Source: Candidatus Saccharimonadales bacterium (GTDB lineage: Bacteria > Patescibacteriota > Saccharimonadia > Saccharimonadales > SZUA-47). From it: a DNA stretch of 64,000 nt. The translations under genes and the position numbers were made by a program. Shown here piece by piece: positions 6,654-15,876 of the stretch; the stretch's first letter is position 1; every line of letters begins with the position of its first letter. The notes below the pieces were generated by a model. That model was not told the DNA's origin and ran no database searches. It saw nothing but the letters and a program-made list of their open reading frames with translations. The stretch covers positions 867 through 64,866 of the forward strand of contig JBBQVE010000004.1 of the NCBI GenBank assembly GCA_038211855.1, in the 5' to 3' direction.

Positions 6654-7112
6654 ATGAAAGAAGAAGCAACTGGCAAGGCAACCACTATCAAGACAGCGTT
6701 CAGTCGGACAACTTCAATAACGATTGATATTAAATCAACACCATCTGTACTCTGGACATTGCTCACGACAGTTGCCGGCTACTCGGCGTGGAATTCTACC
6801 ATCACCTCGATTGATGGAGATATTGCTCTCGGGGAGACCATCATGCTCAGATCAACGCTCGATGCCAAACGAACTTTCAAATTAAAGATTAAGGAATTCG
6901 TTGAACCCACCAAACTGGTGTGGGGTGACGCCATGGGTACCCGAACCTATACAGTAACAGACCAAGGAAATGGTGTCGTTACCTTCTCGATGACCGAGAA
7001 AATTGGCAGTCCGCTATTTCCACTCTTTGCCAGCAAAATTCCCTCGTTTGACGCCAGTTTTGAACAATTCGCTTCCAATTTGAAAAATGCCGCCGAAACA
7101 GAATTTCTATAA
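6654..7112 (+). CDS. SRPBCC (START/polyketide cyclase-like) family protein
   Basis: 152 aa. The pattern VLWTLLT...YSAWNS...GD is typical of SRPBCC ligand-binding folds. The call is by eye. Confidence 0.5.
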   Translation: MKEEATGKATTIKTAFSRTTSITIDIKSTPSVLWTLLTTVAGYSAWNSTITSIDGDIALGETIMLRSTLDAKRTFKLKIKEFVEPTKLVWGDAMGTRTYTVTDQGNGVVTFSMTEKIGSPLFPLFASKIPSFDASFEQFASNLKNAAETEFL

Positions 7113-7335
7113 GTCTTTATTATCAGTCCCTCGGGCTTGGACGGATAAACCACAAATGGAGTTCGTGAACGCAAAGTACCTTTCGACACTGCTGTTCTCA
7201 TTTGTTTTTCCGAGTGCTAAAATGTCGTGCTATCTTGACGAGTTACCGCCATCTCAAACTTTCGAATCGCGATTTTTATAACTCAAAAAATACTAAGGCT
7301 TTTAACACGTTTTTGCAGCAATATAATTTACAACT

Positions 7336-7364
7336 AAAAACTCCCGGTGCACTCGGGAGTTTTT
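7336..7364. terminator. Bidirectional hairpin terminator
   Basis: AAAAACTCCCG-gtgcact-CGGGAGTTTTT, with an A-run and a T-run on either side. Confidence 0.7.
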
Positions 7365-7370
7365 AACAGA

Positions 7371-7775
7371 CTAGTTGTTGATGTTCATGAGATCTCCTTT
7401 CTTCATTGCATCTATCAGTCGCGTCAGCCCTATCCCACCGCCAGCACGTGGAAAGAACCCAAGCTCTAAGAACTCGTGAAGCTCTTTTTCTACTCGCTCG
7501 CGACTGAACAGATCAAAAAGTTTTTGGGCGTACGTACCCTTACTGATGGTATAGAACGCTTTTTTCATTTCCTCGACATTATCACTGCGCTCAGCACTGC
7601 CGATGGTCTCGTTGCCTTGTATGATCACATCGATTTTCTGGGCGTGTTTGCTGCCTTTCTTTTTTATATTCCAGAACGGTGCCCTGCTTGAAGACAAAGA
7701 CAAGCTCTTCAATAACGGCTTTGATTCCAAAAAGTCGCGCGGTATAGATCTGCACGAAGGTGAAACAATCGACAT
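7371..7775 (-). pseudogene. Class II aminoacyl-tRNA synthetase-like (Asn/Asp-RS or AsnA-type) C-terminal fragment
   Basis: Only the last 90 aa or so look protein-like: IIQGNETIGSAERS...FFPRAGGGIGLTRL, which is class II motif 3. The first 45 aa or so are low-complexity. A different frame upstream is open across a T6/A6 run at 7660-7665. The catalytic core is missing. Confidence 0.5.
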
Positions 7776-7826
7776 GAAAAAACTAGAAAACCTGATACTC
7801 GAATCACTAAGAATCGCTAAAAATTA

Positions 7827-7979
7827 ATGGCGATAACTCCAAAGTGCGATAAATGCTGCGACGAGCTGACTGAATTTGGGGCGATTTTGCTTGGCCCCCC
7901 AAATGAGAAAAATGAAGCCAGAAAGTTTCATTTATGCGTTGCCTGTTATCAAATAATGGCAGCTGATTTGATACTATAA
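7827..7979 (+). CDS. Small zinc-ribbon protein candidate (50 aa)
   Basis: Not in the track. It reads MAITPKCDKCCDELTEFGAILLGPPNEKNEARKFHLCVACYQIMAADLIL, with CxxC...CxxC. Confidence 0.3.
   Translation: MAITPKCDKCCDELTEFGAILLGPPNEKNEARKFHLCVACYQIMAADLIL
7969..7977 (+). promoter_or_regulatory. Extended -10 (TGATACTAT), 6 nt before ATG 7984
   Basis: TGATACTAT-AATATT-ATG. Confidence 0.45.
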
Positions 7980-7983
7980 TATT

Positions 7984-8694
7984 ATGGCTAAAAATACATC
8001 GTCACCTCATCCTGAAGAAGAGCATAAATCACACCGTGCCGGTTGGCTGCGCGCCGCTGTGCTTGGCATCAATGATGGCATTGTCTCAACATCCAGTTTG
8101 ATGCTAGGTGTCGCCGGAGCTTCTACGAGCGGTTCTGCCGTACTCACTGCCGGAGTTGCTGGATTATTTGCCGGTGCTCTTTCTATGGCGGTTGGGGAGT
8201 ATGTGTCAGTAAGCTCGCAGCTCGACTCTGAACGTGCCGACATTGCAATCGAGGAACGATCACTGGCACATAACCCTCAAGGTGAATTGGCGGAACTAGC
8301 CGCTATTTATGTCGATCGCGGATTAGACGAAAAGCTTGCCCTCGAAGTTGCAAAGCAGTTGCATGATCACGACGCCGTAAAAGCTCATGCCCGCGACGAA
8401 CTTGGTATAGACCATGAAGCGCTCGCCCGACCAACGCAGGCCGCAGTAACCTCGGCATTATCATTCTCAGTTGGAGCCGTACTTCCTATTATTGCTTCAT
8501 TATTCTTTCGACATAATCACGTTGAACTTGCAATTGTCGTGACGTCACTTGCCGCCCTCGCTATATCCGGTGGCATTGGTGCACATATTGGTGGCGGTAA
8601 TAGATTCCGCGCAGCCGCACGCGTATTTGTAGGTGGCGGGGTAGCCATGGCCATTACCTCGCTTATCGGTCATCTTGTGGGTTCACACATATAG
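7984..8694 (+). CDS. VIT1/CCC1 family iron/manganese transporter
   Basis: LGINDGIVSTSSLMLGVAGA plus C-terminal TM helices are typical of the VIT family. Confidence 0.8.
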   Translation: MAKNTSSPHPEEEHKSHRAGWLRAAVLGINDGIVSTSSLMLGVAGASTSGSAVLTAGVAGLFAGALSMAVGEYVSVSSQLDSERADIAIEERSLAHNPQGELAELAAIYVDRGLDEKLALEVAKQLHDHDAVKAHARDELGIDHEALARPTQAAVTSALSFSVGAVLPIIASLFFRHNHVELAIVVTSLAALAISGGIGAHIGGGNRFRAAARVFVGGGVAMAITSLIGHLVGSHI

Positions 8695-8701
8695 GCTTTG
8701 C

Positions 8702-8830
8702 CTTTGACATCGTGAATCTGCGGTCAAACAAGTCAAAATGGATATTGCTGGCGCCGATGTCGTTTTAAGCAAGGCGGTACTCGACGAAATCGAAACTATC
8801 TATCGCGACTTTCCTGACATCACCCACTAA
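8702..8830 (+). pseudogene. Possible 3' remnant of an aldo/keto reductase gene
   Basis: An open frame without a full gene reads ..ESAVKQVKMDIAGADVVLSKAVLDEIETIYRDFPDITH*. This resembles an AKR C-terminus (..ala.d..Ls.e.l.eid). It starts right after the VIT1 stop. Confidence 0.3.
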
Positions 8831-8858
8831 AAAACAGGGTCACAGACCCCGTTTTTTT
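8829..8858. terminator. Bidirectional hairpin terminator
   Basis: AAAAAACAGGGTC-aca-GACCCCGTTTTTTT. Confidence 0.65.
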
Positions 8859-8873
8859 AGTGAGCAACCAGTA

Positions 8874-9452
8874 TTAGTTGTTGCTAATGTTGATTGTCGT
8901 CGAAGTCGTTGCACCTGCTGCTGCATCGCCACTGGTTGCATCACCAGCTGAGGTATTACCCCATATAGATGCGTTACCTGAAGTAGAGCCCTGGAGCACG
9001 ACGTTACCAACATTGACGCCATTGTTGGTTGTTACTTTCACTTTGTTGACTGTTTTGTTGCTAATCACGTTCAGCGAACCGGCACCAGTTGTGTCGATAG
9101 AGCTGTCGACAACTGTAAGCGTCGGCGCCACAGTTGCCGTATCACAGGCCGAATTGTTTGCAAGCTTCACATTAGTCAACGTGTTTGCTGATGCATTTGC
9201 GTCTCCACTGACCGCACTGCCGCCAAGCGTGTTGTCGGAAACTTTTGCGTTGCCTGTCTTTGACATCTGACCAATAAAATTGAGAAGACCAATGTTATTG
9301 TTTGTCTTGCTCTTGCACGAGTTTAGAGTCTTGCTTTTGATCTTATTGACGGATCCCGCACCTGTCGTACTGATTGATGCTGCCATTGCTGCACTGCTCA
9401 AAAGAACTATTGTTGCCCCAAAGGTAACAGCGGCCGTTAGTAGTTTCTTCAT
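8874..9452 (-). CDS. Secreted repeat protein (TTGAGS-N repeats)
   Basis: Start set at MKKLLTAAVTFGATIVLLSSAAMA (signal peptide), with GGGGA upstream. The (I/D)TTGAGS(V/L)N motif occurs twice. The protein is rich in N, S, T and G. Confidence 0.6.
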   Translation of the reverse strand: MKKLLTAAVTFGATIVLLSSAAMAASISTTGAGSVNKIKSKTLNSCKSKTNNNIGLLNFIGQMSKTGNAKVSDNTLGGSAVSGDANASANTLTNVKLANNSACDTATVAPTLTVVDSSIDTTGAGSLNVISNKTVNKVKVTTNNGVNVGNVVLQGSTSGNASIWGNTSAGDATSGDAAAGATTSTTINISNN

Positions 9453-9583
9453 TCCATCCCCACATTTAAGAATTACTGTATACAACGTGTTGGATCCACC
9501 CTTTGTTGTACTTCGATAATAGTACATGCTTATGGTTTTGTGCAACTATTTTGATGCAGCGCAAGATTATTTTTTATTACAAC

Positions 9584-10495
9584 TTAGTAACACGCACTTT
9601 TGACAACATCAGCAATCGTTGGATCTTTGTACGAGATGGCGCGCTGGAACCACCATTCACCGCCCCACAAATCTATTGGGTAGAGATTTGTCGACTTGGC
9701 ATGCGTAAAGTTCGTTGCCATCTGTGTGGCTCCCATCGACTCATCTTGCTGCGGTGGTTCCATTTGCCAAATATCCTTTGGTCCCCACGGCTCCATTTGC
9801 AGTTCGTGAATAAAGCTTTGTTTGCGCCAAATTAGACGGATAAGGCGTGCCCGCAGGCGGTGGATCCAGGCGTAGTGATGCGTCGTGGTGTATTTTGTGT
9901 CGCGCCAGCGAATCAGGTAATATGAAAATCCGACAAGGTCGGGGATTGGTCCGATAATCGGAATGCCCCAAGCCGCGCTCGTCGAGAGCACCACAGGCCG
10001 CGCCGGATCGAGTTTTTTAACTAGTGCATACTCAGTGCGCAAACGCTTACGATCTATGTCGATACGCTCGCCAAAGCCGGTGAGAAGTGCTTCGTTTTCG
10101 AGGTGCCAAGAAATGATGCTGCCATTGCCTTTGTAGCGTTGTACAACCGCTTCCACAAATACCAATAAAGCCATGTCACGATCTGGCTTTGGCAGCGCCC
10201 ACGCCCAATCAGGCCAGTGATATTCCGGGTAGCGCGGCTGTTTAACGCCGATGCAAAGCGATAGCACTCCCTCCGCAGCAACGACTGCCTCAATCTGCCT
10301 ATCTACCTCAGTAAAATCATAGGTTCCCTGCACCTTTTCGACTTCGTTCCAATACGACATCAGCCTGAAGCGGCGGAAGCCCATGTCATTGATCAGCCAG
10401 TCCAGCACTGGCGCCGTCCCATAGCCAAAGTTACGGCATTGTTTGATCGAAAAACTAACGCCGAAGCGCATCGGATTAATGATTGTGTTATTCAT
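9584..10495 (-). CDS. Glycoside hydrolase, clan GH-A TIM-barrel (GH5-like)
   Basis: WHLENEAL supplies the acid/base NE motif. ELQMEPWG supplies a candidate nucleophile Glu. Confidence 0.6.
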   Translation of the reverse strand: MNNTIINPMRFGVSFSIKQCRNFGYGTAPVLDWLINDMGFRRFRLMSYWNEVEKVQGTYDFTEVDRQIEAVVAAEGVLSLCIGVKQPRYPEYHWPDWAWALPKPDRDMALLVFVEAVVQRYKGNGSIISWHLENEALLTGFGERIDIDRKRLRTEYALVKKLDPARPVVLSTSAAWGIPIIGPIPDLVGFSYYLIRWRDTKYTTTHHYAWIHRLRARLIRLIWRKQSFIHELQMEPWGPKDIWQMEPPQQDESMGATQMATNFTHAKSTNLYPIDLWGGEWWFQRAISYKDPTIADVVKSACY

Positions 10496-10521
10496 AGAAC
10501 TATTCTAATCTATTTGTGGCT

Positions 10522-11646
10522 TTATGGCTGATAATTGGCAACTCGTAGTAACAAACCAATTTTATCCATATCAGCTGAACCATTGTGATCCCAGTATTGG
10601 TATAACGGACCTACTTGGGCATCGCTGATCGTCGCGTTATCACGATAAAAAGCCGGCCACGCGCCACCAACAAAATCACCGACGTATGCCCCGTACGTCT
10701 GTAGCGCCACAAACAGTTCTGCCCCGATTGGACTTAAACCAGCCGGTTGGGCAACGCCTGCAGGAACACCGATTTTCGTTCCCATTTTGAACGGTCCACG
10801 TCCGCCACCATTGTCAAAACCTGTCGCTGGAGCTATGTAGTTTTTATATATCAGACCTTCCAACATATCTGCCGGCAACGCTAGTGCCAATGCGTGATCG
10901 ATTTTTCCAGAGGCGATGTCATGACCCGTAATCAACCCCGCATCCCACGAAAAATTCGCGGCCCGTGTTCCATCGTTATTCGCCAAAGTACCGGCTCCGG
11001 GACCCATCACGATGTCTCCTGTCGCCCATCCAGCCAGACTACCGTTGGTCACCGTACGCGTCGCTGTATTTACGACGGAATCCCATACTTCATAATAGGT
11101 TGTGCCATCAACGACGATCAAAACCTTGTCAGTATCGACTCCCGAAGCGATATTATCGGGGGCATGAACCTGAAATACGTGGGCCGGCCGATTGCGATTC
11201 CAGTCCGGAGCAATATAATCAGGCAAATTGAACGTCCACATGGGATCCGTTGATTTTGCATAATAGACGCCGAAAGGACCAAGTACATACCAGTGCCGTC
11301 GGCTATCATTGTTTTGTGGTGGGTTTATTGAATGCAATAGTGGTTGGTCAAACCAGACAGTCCCCGTTGGCGTTGGCATATTAAACGGAGAAGTCGCAGA
11401 AAATGGTTTGGCATTACCAGTAGCAGCGGGTGGTAGAACTGAGCCATTACTAATGGGGAATGTCACATAATTACCGCCCGACGCAGTGTTGTCAGCTGCA
11501 GCAAATGCTCCGGCAACAATCGAACCGTTTTCCGGTTCTATTGCATTAGTAACAGGAGTGGCGGCATGAGAAAAAAGAAGAATACTGCCGCCCGCCATGC
11601 CGAACACTACAGCGAAGCACGCAAGCAGACGTTTTTTCATAGGCAT
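10522..11646 (-). CDS. Secreted hypothetical protein
   Basis: The signal peptide is MKKRLLACFAVVFGMAGGSILLFSHA. 374 aa. I recognise no catalytic motif. Confidence 0.5.
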   Translation of the reverse strand: MPMKKRLLACFAVVFGMAGGSILLFSHAATPVTNAIEPENGSIVAGAFAAADNTASGGNYVTFPISNGSVLPPAATGNAKPFSATSPFNMPTPTGTVWFDQPLLHSINPPQNNDSRRHWYVLGPFGVYYAKSTDPMWTFNLPDYIAPDWNRNRPAHVFQVHAPDNIASGVDTDKVLIVVDGTTYYEVWDSVVNTATRTVTNGSLAGWATGDIVMGPGAGTLANNDGTRAANFSWDAGLITGHDIASGKIDHALALALPADMLEGLIYKNYIAPATGFDNGGGRGPFKMGTKIGVPAGVAQPAGLSPIGAELFVALQTYGAYVGDFVGGAWPAFYRDNATISDAQVGPLYQYWDHNGSADMDKIGLLLRVANYQP

Positions 11647-11697
11647 AGCCCTAGTATAGGCATATGCTTTTACGAATCAAAGCAGTAAATAACGAGA

Positions 11698-11706
11698 TGC
11701 TACAAT
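11698..11706 (+). promoter_or_regulatory. Extended -10 (TGCTACAAT), 7 nt before ATG 11714
   Basis: TGCTACAAT-AGGGGTA-ATG. Confidence 0.45.
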
Positions 11707-11713
11707 AGGGGTA

Positions 11714-13240
11714 ATGGCGCGCCTTTCCTTACGTTTTTCCATCATTATCCCCGCGCTTAATGAAGAAGCCTATATTACTGCATCGGTCAAGGCCGCCCAA
11801 GAGCAGGATTTTGCAGACTCATTCGAGATTATCGTCGTCAATAATAACAGCGTCGATCGTACTGCCGCCGTCGCCAAAGAACTGGGCGTGAAGGTCGTCA
11901 ACGAGTCACGCGTCGGCTTACCAAGTGCTCGCGAGGCCGGTAGACGAGCCGCCAAAGGCGAGTTTCTGGTCTACGTCGATGCAGACACCATGCTGCCAAA
12001 AAATTACCTAACTGTTATCGATAAAACCTTCAAAAAATACCCGAAGACCGTGGGTATCAGTAACCCGTTTGAATTTTACGATGGCGCACCAGCCGATCAA
12101 TTCGTCATAAAATTATTCTTCGGTTTTGCTTATCCAGCTCAGAACCTCATTCTCAAATTAATGGGTAAGTCACATCAGCTATTGGGCGGTAGTTTTGCGG
12201 TTCGCGCGCACATCCTTGAAGAGCTCGGCGGCTTTGACATCAGTATCACCTTTTCTGGCGAGGACCTGGCCATCTCCAAATCATTGGCGCGCTATGGCGA
12301 CATTACCATCTTGCAGACCGTCCGCAGCTACACGTCGGCACGGCGCTTTCAGACGCATGGCCGCATTAGGACCTGCGCCGTCTACACCAAAAGCTTTTTC
12401 AGTGTTTTATTGCTACGCAAAGACTCCGATGGAACGCTCCTCAGAAGCCTACTAAAGCTAATGCTGTTCGTCGCCGTCACATCGTTCTTGCTCCGGCATT
12501 TTCACCCGAATCGACACACTATGCACCATCTATATTCGTATGGCCGATGGATTCTGACAGCACTTGCTGCTATTGCCGCCTATGGTATATTTTATCCGAA
12601 ATCGAAACTGTTTGGTCCAACTATCAGCGAGTTCAATACCAGCGCTAAGATTATTGCTCTGACGTTCGACGATGGTCCGCGCCCTGGCTCAACCGAAAAA
12701 GTTTTGAAAATCCTAAAGGATAACGATGTACCTGCTACTTTCTTTTTGGTTGGAGAACACGTCCAAAAGTATCCAGCACTGGCAAAACGAATCCACAAAG
12801 AAGGCCACGAAATTGGCAATCATACCTGGAATCACCGCTGGCTTTTCCCTTTCCATTCACCATCAACTATTTATGAACAAATACGCCACACTCAGCACGA
12901 AATCACTACTGTTTTTGGCGGCAAAGACCCCAACACTTTTCACTTGATACGGCCACCGCACGGCTGGCGGACACCCTGGATGTTGGCTGAGTTGCAGCGA
13001 CGTGGCTTTAAGGTTGTGATGTGGTCGGTCTCGATTGACTTCGTGAATGGCGTCACTATGGAACAAGTCATCAAACGCTACATTACTAAAACTCGTGCGG
13101 GATCGATTTTACTCATGCATGATGCAATTTATGAAAAACCTAGTGACAACCGCAACGTCATGCTAGAAGCACTGCCGGTCATTATCAAGGAGCTCAAAGC
13201 CCAAGGCTACCGCTTTGTGCGTGTCGGCGATATGCTCTAA
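11714..13240 (+). CDS. Glycosyltransferase family 2 fused to polysaccharide deacetylase (CE4/NodB)
   Basis: The N-terminal part has FSIIIPALNEE...VYVDADT, a GT2 signature. A TM segment lies in the middle. The C-terminal part has LTFDDGP...GNHTWNH, the NodB motifs. Confidence 0.8.
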   Translation: MARLSLRFSIIIPALNEEAYITASVKAAQEQDFADSFEIIVVNNNSVDRTAAVAKELGVKVVNESRVGLPSAREAGRRAAKGEFLVYVDADTMLPKNYLTVIDKTFKKYPKTVGISNPFEFYDGAPADQFVIKLFFGFAYPAQNLILKLMGKSHQLLGGSFAVRAHILEELGGFDISITFSGEDLAISKSLARYGDITILQTVRSYTSARRFQTHGRIRTCAVYTKSFFSVLLLRKDSDGTLLRSLLKLMLFVAVTSFLLRHFHPNRHTMHHLYSYGRWILTALAAIAAYGIFYPKSKLFGPTISEFNTSAKIIALTFDDGPRPGSTEKVLKILKDNDVPATFFLVGEHVQKYPALAKRIHKEGHEIGNHTWNHRWLFPFHSPSTIYEQIRHTQHEITTVFGGKDPNTFHLIRPPHGWRTPWMLAELQRRGFKVVMWSVSIDFVNGVTMEQVIKRYITKTRAGSILLMHDAIYEKPSDNRNVMLEALPVIIKELKAQGYRFVRVGDML

Positions 13241-14118
13241 GTAAGGTGTGGTTTTTTAGTGACTGGCTGCGGCATCAAAGCCAACACAGTTACGCCGACC
13301 AGTGTTACAAGGCCTCCGACCACTACCAACCCCCACAGACCATTACGGGCGCTGTCACCCAGAAATACAATGCCAACTGTGGCTGGAATCAGCGTTTGAG
13401 TAGCCGCCATTGTCGCGTTTACAGTCGTGGCTTGGGCACGCTGCAAAGCCGTCGAAAACAATAAAATTCCGATCACACCATCGGCCACTAACGCAAAGGT
13501 CAACGGACTGTAGATAGTGTGCCAAAACGGCGTAGAAAGCGTAAATATTCTTCCTAAAACAGAAGTGCCGCCAAAGGCCAGTCCGGCAAGTACCGCCATG
13601 CCGACAGCCGAGCTATTCTTCTTACTACGAGCAACAAAATAACCTATGAAGGCAATCGGCAACGGAGCAAAAATGATAATTGATTTTAAGACCGAACCAA
13701 CTGGACGGGCGGTTTCTGGTGACGAGGCCAGCGCTAACATACAGAGACCCGTGACAATCAGACCCATGGCAATAAAAGCTCTTGGACGAATCTTTTGATG
13801 GCGGTAAAATCGCTCCAGAAGCGCCGTAATCACAATACTGGCAGCAATGATCGACTGGACCAAGTACAGTGGCAAATGCCGCACGGCATAGATGGTAAGT
13901 GCGTAACCACTGATGTCCAAAACAATGCCAAAAAAGTACGGCACATCTTTGATGAGTCTTAGCAAAAAGCGCACATCCAACGAGTGGGTGTTGTGCTGCT
14001 TGTCGGCACTCAGTTTTTGCAAAACAACCGCAGTACCATTACAAAAAGCGCAAGTAAGCGCCGCAGCCATAGGCAATAGGGGAATATGCATTACCACTAT
14101 TTTACCAAATAAGCGCAA
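13237..14118 (-). CDS. EamA/DMT-like membrane transporter
   Basis: About 10 predicted TM helices in 293 aa. Weak family call. Confidence 0.5.
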   Translation of the reverse strand: MRLFGKIVVMHIPLLPMAAALTCAFCNGTAVVLQKLSADKQHNTHSLDVRFLLRLIKDVPYFFGIVLDISGYALTIYAVRHLPLYLVQSIIAASIVITALLERFYRHQKIRPRAFIAMGLIVTGLCMLALASSPETARPVGSVLKSIIIFAPLPIAFIGYFVARSKKNSSAVGMAVLAGLAFGGTSVLGRIFTLSTPFWHTIYSPLTFALVADGVIGILLFSTALQRAQATTVNATMAATQTLIPATVGIVFLGDSARNGLWGLVVVGGLVTLVGVTVLALMPQPVTKKPHLT

Positions 14119-14120
14119 AT

Positions 14121-14153
14121 AAAAAACGGAGAGCCGTGCGTTGCTCTCCGTTT
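14121..14153 (-). terminator. Rho-independent terminator
   Basis: The minus strand reads ACGGAGAGC-aacgcacg-GCTCTCCGTTTTTT. Confidence 0.7.
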
Positions 14154-14173
14154 AAATGTGGCAGGTGAAGCCT

Positions 14174-14299
14174 TTATAGGATGATGTTGAAATCGCCATC
14201 AAGGCCGATTTCACTTTGACCTTTAAAAAGGTTATCCGCGAAGCTCCCCCTGCGATCTAATGTGGTGTCATGTAGTGGTGCGATATATGTAATTTTCAT
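14174..14299 (-). CDS. Small ORF (41 aa) with SD
   Basis: Not in the track. It reads MKITYIAPLHDTTLDRRGSFADNLFKGQSEIGLDGDFNIIL. GGAG lies 8 nt upstream of the ATG. Confidence 0.3.
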   Translation of the reverse strand: MKITYIAPLHDTTLDRRGSFADNLFKGQSEIGLDGDFNIIL

Positions 14300-14375
14300 A
14301 GTTGAGTCTCCTTTGACACTCCCCTAGTCTAACGGGTCTTTACATGAACCGGCTGTAAGCAATTTCACAAAACGC

Positions 14376-14699
14376 TTAAGATACTGCGGAGGGCGGATGC
14401 TGTGGCTGATTCTGACGTTCACGGCTCCTCGTCATGACCGCGCGGGCAATCAGTTCAGCTTCATCTGGATCACCTTCGCACTGCACTGAAGTCTCACGCC
14501 AGTGAGCAATAACATCGCCTTCTCTGCCAGACTGCAAAGTGTCCATGCCAAGGGAGCGCTTTAAATATGCGACCCGTTTAACAACGGCGGCGCGATCTGC
14601 CAACAAGGGACTCGTCACGCGAACAATCTGACGATCAATACCGTCTAATGTATCTCGAAGTTCATCGAGACTGCCTCGTGCCCATTCACCATCTGTCAT
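14376..14699 (-). CDS. Chorismate mutase-like (AroQ type) protein
   Basis: LDELRDTLDGIDRQIVRVTSPLLADRAAVVKRVAYLK resembles the first helix of AroQ chorismate mutases (R..ID..D..I). The call is by eye. Confidence 0.45.
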   Translation of the reverse strand: MTDGEWARGSLDELRDTLDGIDRQIVRVTSPLLADRAAVVKRVAYLKRSLGMDTLQSGREGDVIAHWRETSVQCEGDPDEAELIARAVMTRSRERQNQPQHPPSAVS

Positions 14700-14759
14700 A
14701 ATCCGAATAGAATAGCATCATACCCCTGTTATAGCAACCATGAGCGCTATCGAAATAAA

Positions 14760-14993
14760 CTAGTAGATGAAGTGCTGTGAATGATGCATGTTTTTGGTAA
14801 TGTAATAGACAGCTGCGGTCAACGGCAACAGTGGCACCATAGCTACGCACCACAGCGTCTTGGCGACACGACTCATTTGGCTATCGTGCAAAACTTCGCG
14901 CACCATCTTGGTTTCGAAATATAGAATTATGGCCACGCAACTTGCCCATAGCGCGATGGGAATTAGAAACAACGGATAAATGAAAAAATGCAT
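14760..14993 (-). CDS. PLDc_N-type small membrane protein
   Basis: 77 aa with two TM helices. KTLWCVAMVPLLPLTAAVYYI matches the W...P..G/A..Y pattern of PLD-nuclease N-terminal domain proteins. Confidence 0.5.
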   Translation of the reverse strand: MHFFIYPLFLIPIALWASCVAIILYFETKMVREVLHDSQMSRVAKTLWCVAMVPLLPLTAAVYYITKNMHHSQHFIY

Positions 14994-15059
14994 ACGTACT
15001 CCTCTTTAACACTCATATCATAAGCGTTTTTTTAAGCGAACGCAGTAATAAAACCTGCT

Positions 15060-15314
15060 TTAAAATCTCAGCTCGTTGACGTACGATTTGTAGTGGGTCC
15101 GCACATTGAGTCTCATAAAGCACAGAAATGCGCCCACCGGTTGTATAAACAGGATAGCGATACTCCACACAAGTTTCTTCAATATAGAAAATCTGTGGTT
15201 CGATATCACATCAATCAAAACCTTAAGTTCAAAAAAGAACAAAAATAAGGCTGCTATTAGTACTACCATCGGCACAAAAATAGGCAAGAGAATTGCCAGA
15301 AAATCGTTCATCAT
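15060..15314 (-). CDS. PLDc_N-type small membrane protein (paralog)
   Basis: 84 aa. KKLVWSIAILFIQPVGAFLCF shows the same pattern as the neighbouring gene. Confidence 0.5.
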   Translation of the reverse strand: MMNDFLAILLPIFVPMVVLIAALFLFFFELKVLIDVISNHRFSILKKLVWSIAILFIQPVGAFLCFMRLNVRTHYKSYVNELRF

Positions 15315-15394
15315 AATCGCCTCCTTTTTTATTGAATAATCACATGGAGTTTATTATTTTCTGACACTATGCGCTGTAAAAAAACCTGCAGCGC

Positions 15395-15823
15395 TTATTT
15401 TGTTTTTACACTCAGCGCGAGCTGATCAAAACCAGCTTGAAAGTCATCCTTCGAGGTGTAGGTATATTCGATTTTGATACTGCCATGACCGGTATCGATA
15501 TAATAATCTGAGAAAGTCGTGTTTACTGTGTAGACGGATGCTTGATCGAACGTCGTAGAGGCATTCAGACTCTTGTGGCCGTTGATATATTGTGATTTAC
15601 AGACATGATTACTTACATGTTGGTTATCCTGCAGCTGATTGCAGTTATTCGTGTTTTTTGCATCAACTGAAATACTTATCGGCGTACTGGCGGGTGTATC
15701 GCAGTTGGCTGCCGAATGGTCTGTGGGCTTGAGAGATAGCCGACAGTCCCTGCCAAAACAAGGATTAACAAAATCAAAAGAGTGACTATGCGGGTGGACC
15801 ACCGGTAGTGTGAATCTAGTCAT
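15395..15823 (-). CDS. Hypothetical Cys-containing protein
   Basis: 142-aa ORF with no recognisable motif or signal peptide. Confidence 0.35.
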   Translation of the reverse strand: MTRFTLPVVHPHSHSFDFVNPCFGRDCRLSLKPTDHSAANCDTPASTPISISVDAKNTNNCNQLQDNQHVSNHVCKSQYINGHKSLNASTTFDQASVYTVNTTFSDYYIDTGHGSIKIEYTYTSKDDFQAGFDQLALSVKTK

Positions 15824-15876
15824 TCATAGGTGCTAGTATGTGTCGTTTACCAAAATCAGGTGTAATAAAACCTGCT

